Source: Candidatus Bathyarchaeota archaeon
GTDB taxonomy: Archaea > Thermoproteota > Bathyarchaeia > TCS64
Length of the DNA stretch: 64,000 nucleotides
Direction: 5' to 3'
NCBI GenBank assembly: GCA_963771885.1
Contig: CAVYVF010000023.1
Coordinates: 864,001 to 928,000 of the forward strand
How positions within the stretch are numbered: position 1 is the stretch's first letter; each line of letters begins with the position of its first letter. Positions 58,398 to 64,000 of this stretch are shown piece by piece. A program made the position numbers and the translations under genes. The notes beneath the pieces are model-generated. The model saw nothing but the letters and a program-made list of their open reading frames with translations. It ran no database searches and was not told the origin of the DNA.

Positions 58398-60932
58398 CTA
58401 GCCCAGGAGGGCATTGAAGAAGAATTTAAACGATGCATCGGTCAACGCCCTGCACTGAGGAGCAAAGGCGTAGAGAACAACACGCCCCTCCTTGAGGCGC
58501 GACTCGACGATCGCAGCCTTCCGAGCCAACAACTCCTCGCCTATCAGCCAACCGCTCTCCATGAGCCTCTCCTCACCATAAGAGACAATAACTCGCTGAG
58601 CCTCGTTGTCGTTCCCCTGCTTCAAAGCAAGAGCGAGATTTCCCCGCAGCACAATGAGTCCACGACTTGGCATCCCATACGCTAGCGGGTGCGAGTTATC
58701 GATGTCGACCCAGAGCGTCGAGCCTGGACAGTGGAACTGCTGTGGCTTCATATCCTTTAGCGGGTTAACAACGGGTAGCTTCAGGTTCTCCGCTGCGAAG
58801 TCGATGGACTCGTTTAGGCAAAGGAGCGTCCCTCCTTTTTCGACGAACTCCCGTACCTTGGCGACGCCCTCCTCTTTGATACCTGTAACGTACTCCGGCG
58901 GGTATACGGGGAGAGTCATCAAGCCCTTGTAGCGCTTCTCGAAGAACTCCTCCAGCTTCTCACCCGTGATGAATGGCGGCGGGTCGCTCGGGAGGACGAG
59001 GATATCGTACTTCCCAGTGAGCCCCTCCTTGACCTCGGCGTCGCGGACCGTCGTGTACTCGAAGCAGTACTGCTCGAGAAGCCAACGAGTCCAGCCCTCG
59101 TCCATATTACCACCCATGTACCTCTGGTAGACGGCGACCCTCAGCTTCTTGATGGGGTGGCTTACGCCGCTGGGCTTCTCCCCTACAGCGATCACTGGAA
59201 CCCCTGTATCCTTTACCACCTTCTTTAACGCAGCTTTTCCCTCACCAGGGACGTAGAATGCGCCTGCGGGGAGACTTACCTCCTCGATCGGCTCGTCTAT
59301 GCGGTCTACCTCAATGCCCGCCGCGAGGAGTAAGTTTACCGCTCTAAAGGCGTCGTTAAGGCGTGGATTTATCAGGTAGCCACGGGCAGACTCAACGACC
59401 GCGGGTACAGACGTCTCAATCTCGTCGAGGTCTCTGAAGCTCCCATTGAGGGGTTGATCTACCCTTACGATGTTGACACCCTTGAACTCCGCCATCGTTT
59501 GGGTGGCGAAGTCGTAGTTCATCATAGGGGTCCCGTCGGGTGTCCTCACCCAGAGGCTGTCCCTGTACCAGGTCCTGTCAAGCAGGCTTATGACGAATGG
59601 ACGCGCCGTCTGGCTACACGAGATTACATGGGAGCCCTCAGGATAGGTGGCGTCGCCCACCGTGAATGGCTCATCAGCTACCCTAACTTCGACGCTCAGC
59701 TCCCTTAGAGTCCTGAGCAGTTTGAGTGCTGTGAGACTGTCCCATTGCGTCGGCGGCACGACGAATGCGTATGGCACCTCCGATTCGCCGCGTCGCAGGC
59801 TTCTAATCGACTTGTTCAGCATATTCCTGAGAATCATCTCGCGATTGTTCGCCGCGACCTCCAGGGTCGCCATGACGGCGGTCTTCTGTCCGTCCATCAC
59901 ATCCCGGAGCGTCCACCAGCCCCCCTTCCAGGGGTGTAGGAAGTTGACCTGCGCCTTGTACTCGGGGCGGCCGCGGGGCGTCCCTATGAGCTGGTGGTAG
60001 TGAACATATACAGGCGTAGCGAATTTGGCGCTTGCCGACTCGGTAAACATCCCGCAAATACCGAACCAGGGAAATACGAGGCTGAAGCCGGGCATGAAGT
60101 CAGCGGGAAATGTTGCCGCAGTCTCCGCACCGATAATTCCCTTACTCTCCATCCTCACCAACATCTGCGCCCCGTAGTGGCGCTGCTCGACCCACACAAG
60201 CGGATCAACGATCTCGTTTACCGGATTGCTATTCGGTGGTAGGAAGAAGCGAGCCCCGAAGAATCCCATCTGGTGCGTGTCAAGGTACGCCTGCGGGAAC
60301 CATTCCTTAAGAAAGACCTTGTTCATGATCCGTGTTTCTATCTGCGTCAGTGTCAAGGCGTCTCTGTTGTTGTCGTGGCCTGTGTACTTGTGGTAGAGCC
60401 AGGGGAGTCCGCAGCCTTCGTACTCCGTCCCCAGCCACTGGTTATACCAGTCTACAGACATGATCTGGCCGTCAGGGTTGGCGCAGGGGAAGAGGACGAT
60501 GACTACGTTCTCTCTGATGGACCGGGTCAGGTCGTCCTCACACGTTAAGAGCTCGTAAGCTAGCTCGGGGCTGACCTGAGTGCCTCCGACCTCGCTTGCG
60601 TGTATACTCATCGTCAGTCCGACGACAGTTTTTCCCTCAGTGATTATCCTCTCAGCATCCGATTCTGACAGGTCGCGTGGGTGACTTATCGCCCAGCTCC
60701 CCGCGCGTATCTCGTCCAGCCGTACAAGGTTTTCCTCGGAGGAGATGTAAGCGAGTATCATGGGGTTTCCCATCGTCGACGCGCCCCTGTCCTCCACCAT
60801 TATCCGTCCTGAGCCCTCGGCAAGATGCCTGAAGTACTCCACTATCCTGTCCCACCTGACGAGCTTCCGCTCCGTGCCGGGAGCGTACCCGAAGAACTCC
60901 TCAGGCGTCTTCAATCCACACAAGCCAGTCAC
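58398..60932 (-). CDS. M14 zinc carboxypeptidase-family protein with C-terminal class-I glutamine amidotransferase-like domain
   Basis: SIHASE, NPDG, GHDNNRD and DTHQMG motifs; C-terminal DEGWTRWLLEQ and FVEKGGTL; no signal peptide. Confidence 0.88.
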   Translation of the reverse strand: MTGLCGLKTPEEFFGYAPGTERKLVRWDRIVEYFRHLAEGSGRIMVEDRGASTMGNPMILAYISSEENLVRLDEIRAGSWAISHPRDLSESDAERIITEGKTVVGLTMSIHASEVGGTQVSPELAYELLTCEDDLTRSIRENVVIVLFPCANPDGQIMSVDWYNQWLGTEYEGCGLPWLYHKYTGHDNNRDALTLTQIETRIMNKVFLKEWFPQAYLDTHQMGFFGARFFLPPNSNPVNEIVDPLVWVEQRHYGAQMLVRMESKGIIGAETAATFPADFMPGFSLVFPWFGICGMFTESASAKFATPVYVHYHQLIGTPRGRPEYKAQVNFLHPWKGGWWTLRDVMDGQKTAVMATLEVAANNREMILRNMLNKSIRSLRRGESEVPYAFVVPPTQWDSLTALKLLRTLRELSVEVRVADEPFTVGDATYPEGSHVISCSQTARPFVISLLDRTWYRDSLWVRTPDGTPMMNYDFATQTMAEFKGVNIVRVDQPLNGSFRDLDEIETSVPAVVESARGYLINPRLNDAFRAVNLLLAAGIEVDRIDEPIEEVSLPAGAFYVPGEGKAALKKVVKDTGVPVIAVGEKPSGVSHPIKKLRVAVYQRYMGGNMDEGWTRWLLEQYCFEYTTVRDAEVKEGLTGKYDILVLPSDPPPFITGEKLEEFFEKRYKGLMTLPVYPPEYVTGIKEEGVAKVREFVEKGGTLLCLNESIDFAAENLKLPVVNPLKDMKPQQFHCPGSTLWVDIDNSHPLAYGMPSRGLIVLRGNLALALKQGNDNEAQRVIVSYGEERLMESGWLIGEELLARKAAIVESRLKEGRVVLYAFAPQCRALTDASFKFFFNALLG

Positions 60933-60972
60933 TGAGGATGCAACATTCGCCAGGTTCTTAAAAAGAGGGGTC

Positions 60973-61416
60973 TTACTCGGGTTTCCAACGCTCGATCTCT
61001 ATCCTGATCGAGTTAAGCCCTAGCTGTATGTCCCATACGAAGAGGATGAGGGAGAGGACGAGGCAAATGAGACTAGCCGAGAACAGGATTTCGATAAGAA
61101 CCTCGATCCCAGCGTTGAACGTCGCGGTTATGAAGAGCGAGAGGATAATTGTCGAGACGAAGAAGATGCTCAAAACGGCCAGCGTGACCGCCGCCTGCAG
61201 CAGCTTGGCGCGCCTGTAAAGTATATCCACTTCCTCCAGCAACACACGTCGATGCTCCCCTTCCGCCACCCTCAGTTCCACAGTGAGAGCCCGTATACGA
61301 TCCAGCGGACGCCCCAGCCTGTTTGTCATAGAGAGCACAAGCAGCCCTACGCCTGAAATGAAGACGCATGGGGCAAGCGAGGTCTGCAGAACTACGAGGA
61401 GTGCAGCGATGTCCAT
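60973..61416 (-). CDS. DUF2721-like membrane protein
   Basis: LAP..ISGVGLLVLSMTNRLGR..DRIR and RRAKL motifs; three TM segments. Confidence 0.8.
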   Translation of the reverse strand: MDIAALLVVLQTSLAPCVFISGVGLLVLSMTNRLGRPLDRIRALTVELRVAEGEHRRVLLEEVDILYRRAKLLQAAVTLAVLSIFFVSTIILSLFITATFNAGIEVLIEILFSASLICLVLSLILFVWDIQLGLNSIRIEIERWKPE

Positions 61417-61646
61417 GAATCAAGCTGCGACACGCTGGCTATAGCGTTTCCCAACCCTCTTATCCACGCCCACAATTAATCCGGGATACAAAAACATGCA
61501 ACCCAGAGAATGTGAAATTGATTCTGGCGGCTCAAACAGCTAATAAACTCGAGTTACTCTCACCGAACGAATTAAATCCAAGTTGAAACATTCACCCTTA
61601 TTTAAACTATTTATATACTTGAATGAGCACTTTATAAGGTAACACC

Positions 61647-61973
61647 ATGAAGTTCGTCCAGCTCCGGTCCCTCAGGGATCTTATAATGCTCGTCGCATCC
61701 TCCCAGTCAAGCGGGGTCATACAGCACCTCGTCTTCGGCAGTTCCCACCTATACTTCCTAGTCGGAGGCACACTCCATGAGATGTTCCTCTATTGCGTCA
61801 AGGAGAAGGAGCCCATCAAAGGCCACTTCATCACCTACAACAGCTACAGTGGTGAGGTAGGCGCATCCGAGAAGATGCAGCACGAGCCGAACCAGAGCAG
61901 CTTCCCAGTCGTAGAGATAATAAACCAGGACCTACTCCCCGACGAACTGCTAAGGACGCTCGGCGAACTCTAA
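61647..61973 (+). CDS. Archaeal hypothetical protein upstream of tbp
   Basis: 108-aa ORF, first gene of an apparent operon; AT-rich promoter region upstream. Confidence 0.75.
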   Translation: MKFVQLRSLRDLIMLVASSQSSGVIQHLVFGSSHLYFLVGGTLHEMFLYCVKEKEPIKGHFITYNSYSGEVGASEKMQHEPNQSSFPVVEIINQDLLPDELLRTLGEL

Positions 61974-61983
61974 TGGGTACACG

Positions 61984-62559
61984 GTGAAGAAATTGGCTGA
62001 GAAGAAGGACCTACACATAAGCATCGAGAACGTCGTCGCTTCGGCGACCCTCGACCAAAAGATCGACCTGCTCGCCATTATGAAGGTGTTCAGGAACGTC
62101 GAGTACCGGCCAAAACAGTTCCCCGGCCTCGTCTTCAGGCTCAAGCGCCCGAAGACGGCCACACTCATCTTCGGGTCCGGCAAGATGGTCTGCACCGGCG
62201 CAAAGTCGGAGAAGCAGGCAAGAAGCGCAGTCAAGAAGGTCGTACGCGAGCTAAAAACGAATGGCATCATAATCCTCGGTAAACCCAAGATAGTCATCCA
62301 GAACATAGTAGCCTCCGCGAACCTGCACGGCAAGATCGATCTGGAGACCGCTGCCGATATTATGGACAATGTGATGTACGAGCCCGAGCAATTCCCCGGC
62401 CTCATCTTCAGAATGGGCGAGCCCAAGGTCGTTATGCTCCTATTCGCTAGCGGAAAACTCGTATGCACAGGCGCTAAGCATGAGGACATGGTCCGCGAGG
62501 CCGTCGAGAAGCTGCACGGCATCCTCGAGGACTACGACCTCATCTATTACGAGGAGTAG
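61984..62559 (+). CDS. tbp: TATA-box-binding protein
   Basis: Two TBP repeats: IENVVAS...QFPGLVFR...LIFGSGKMVCTGAK and IQNIVAS...YEPEQFPGLIFR...LFASGKLVCTGAK. Confidence 0.98.
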   Translation: MKKLAEKKDLHISIENVVASATLDQKIDLLAIMKVFRNVEYRPKQFPGLVFRLKRPKTATLIFGSGKMVCTGAKSEKQARSAVKKVVRELKTNGIIILGKPKIVIQNIVASANLHGKIDLETAADIMDNVMYEPEQFPGLIFRMGEPKVVMLLFASGKLVCTGAKHEDMVREAVEKLHGILEDYDLIYYEE

Positions 62560-62576
62560 CCGGGAGTGGCATCTGC

Positions 62577-62930
62577 GTGTCCCACAAAAACAGCCTCGAC
62601 CAGCGTGCTATACAGATAATATTCAAGGCCGGCGATAGAGGGATCATGCAGAGCGAGCTCTGGAAGGAGCTCGGCGTAAGCAGCAGGGAGGGCTCCCGTC
62701 TCGCCCTACGCTTCGAGGAGAAAGGTTCAGTAGAGAGGCGCAAGGTATTACACGACGGAAGGTGGAGCTACAAACTGTTCAGCAAGAAGGAGCTCGTCAC
62801 GATGACTAGCATCGAGGGGTGCCCATGCATGATTTGCGCCGATATTGACAAATGCTTCGAAAGCGGGCAAAGAGACCCAGTCAGTTGCCAGGACCTGACG
62901 AGTTGGCTAACGCCCCGAAAGCCTGATTAG
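62577..62930 (+). CDS. Winged-helix protein with C-terminal Cys cluster, probable TFE-beta (RPC34/RPC39 homolog)
   Basis: GIMQSELWKELGVSSREGSR winged helix plus CPCMIC-x5-C-x10-C..LTSW; directly downstream of tbp. Confidence 0.8.
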   Translation: MSHKNSLDQRAIQIIFKAGDRGIMQSELWKELGVSSREGSRLALRFEEKGSVERRKVLHDGRWSYKLFSKKELVTMTSIEGCPCMICADIDKCFESGQRDPVSCQDLTSWLTPRKPD

Positions 62931-62941
62931 CCGAGCCGCTT

Positions 62942-64000
62942 ATGAGGGCTCCCAGATTGGACCCGAGAATCCGCGAGCTCGTGAAGTACGGGGTAGCCTT
63001 CGCCGTCCTCATTATGGTCTTCTTTGGAGGCTCATACATCCTCAAAGGCGTCCTCGGGACCGAGTACCCGATGATGGTTGTTGTCAGCCAGAGCATGGTT
63101 CCGACCCTAGGGGTCGGCGACTACATATTCGTCGCCAGGATACCCGACATCGAGCAGATAAACACAGGTTCACCCCCGGACGGTGAGGTCATAGTCTTCC
63201 TAAGACCGGGTAGCTCCGACGAGTACATAGTGCATCGCGCCATCCGAAAGATTACCTCTAATGGCATCGTCAGTTACGTAACCAAGGGGGACAACAACTC
63301 CTTCGCCGACGGTACCCCGGTCCCCTCCAACAACGTAGTCGGGAAGGTGATCGGGAGCGTACCCATCGTCGGCTACTTCAGCCTCTTCATAAAGACGATG
63401 CGCGGCTTCGGGCTCGTCATCGCCTTCATGGCGCTCACATTCTTCATGGATTACATACTCCCCGCGAAGAGGCCCGCAGTAGGCAAGTTCCCTGTTCTCT
63501 CACTCATTCCTCTACTCTTCGCCCCTATCGTCGTCTCCAGCTACTGGTTCATAACGGGCTCGACCGAGGATGGCTCAAGGAACGTGCATCTCGCACTCGA
63601 CAGTCTCTCGATAGCTATCTGGTACATCGCCTGCTTCGCAGTCCCGCTCGCGTTTCACGATGACGACACCGGTGCTATGGTCTGGCTCTACCACCTTGTG
63701 CTCATAATGCTGCCCATCGCTTGCGATGTTACGTGGTGGACGATGAACATCACACCGAGCACGTGGTGGTTCAGCCAGGGGGGCACAGTCTCGGTTAACT
63801 GGTTCCTGCTGACCGAACAACCCAACTTTAGTAGGGTCTTCGAGTCGGTGTTGAAGACACTCGTCCCCGGCGCCGTGATATTCATTACGGTGCTCTTCGC
63901 AAAGCGGAAGGGGTGGGAGCCCTTCGCCTCGTGGGAGAGGAAGCTCAGAGGCGCCCCGCCACCTCCGCCACCTATGGAGCAGACCACCGATACTCTGCCA
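62942..64000 (+). CDS. Signal peptidase I (Sec11 type) with long C-terminal membrane extension; 3'-partial
   Basis: Absent from the ORF track (no stop in the window). VVSQSMVPTLGVGD (catalytic Ser), IVHR (His) and TKGDNN motifs; open to the window end. Confidence 0.9.
   Translation, partial: MRAPRLDPRIRELVKYGVAFAVLIMVFFGGSYILKGVLGTEYPMMVVVSQSMVPTLGVGDYIFVARIPDIEQINTGSPPDGEVIVFLRPGSSDEYIVHRAIRKITSNGIVSYVTKGDNNSFADGTPVPSNNVVGKVIGSVPIVGYFSLFIKTMRGFGLVIAFMALTFFMDYILPAKRPAVGKFPVLSLIPLLFAPIVVSSYWFITGSTEDGSRNVHLALDSLSIAIWYIACFAVPLAFHDDDTGAMVWLYHLVLIMLPIACDVTWWTMNITPSTWWFSQGGTVSVNWFLLTEQPNFSRVFESVLKTLVPGAVIFITVLFAKRKGWEPFASWERKLRGAPPPPPPMEQTTDTLP

Noticed and set aside
1..64000. CRISPR arrays, rRNA, SRP or RNase P RNA, IS elements
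   Set aside because: No regularly spaced repeats, conserved rRNA/RNase P/SRP signatures, transposase motifs or terminal inverted repeats were seen; nearly all sequence is accounted for by CDSs.

Overview
GC-rich archaeal chromosomal segment, most likely TACK/Bathyarchaeia-like (inferred from Alba, archaeal ValRS/AspRS, Pth2, geranylgeranyl reductase and a tbp-TFEbeta-like-Sec11 cluster). It is densely coding: about 65 CDSs and three intron-less, CCA-encoding tRNA genes (Ile-GAU, Glu-UUC, and a CAU tRNA that looks like Ile2). Content is dominated by peptide/amino-acid catabolism: M20/M28/M19/M14/PepF peptidases, aminotransferases, an OCD/AlaDH-family enzyme, a racemase-fold enzyme, hydantoinase/oxoprolinase AB, and two 2-oxoacid:ferredoxin oxidoreductase operons. 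It also holds a TusA-DsrE2-DsrEFH-Lrp sulfur-relay operon, an orphan Dam-type methylase and an SNF2 helicase beside a tRNA. About 12-13 small indels split otherwise intact genes, probably long-read consensus errors, so split genes are reported as joined CDSs. No CRISPR array, rRNA, integrase or transposase was seen. The best novelty leads are the sulfur-relay operon with no visible partner pathway, a structured RNA candidate upstream of valS, an ACT-like insertion in KorB, a membrane-anchored chelatase, an A-A-B-B secreted repeat protein and a possible GATC-methylation footprint. All family assignments come from motif recognition by eye; no database search was run.
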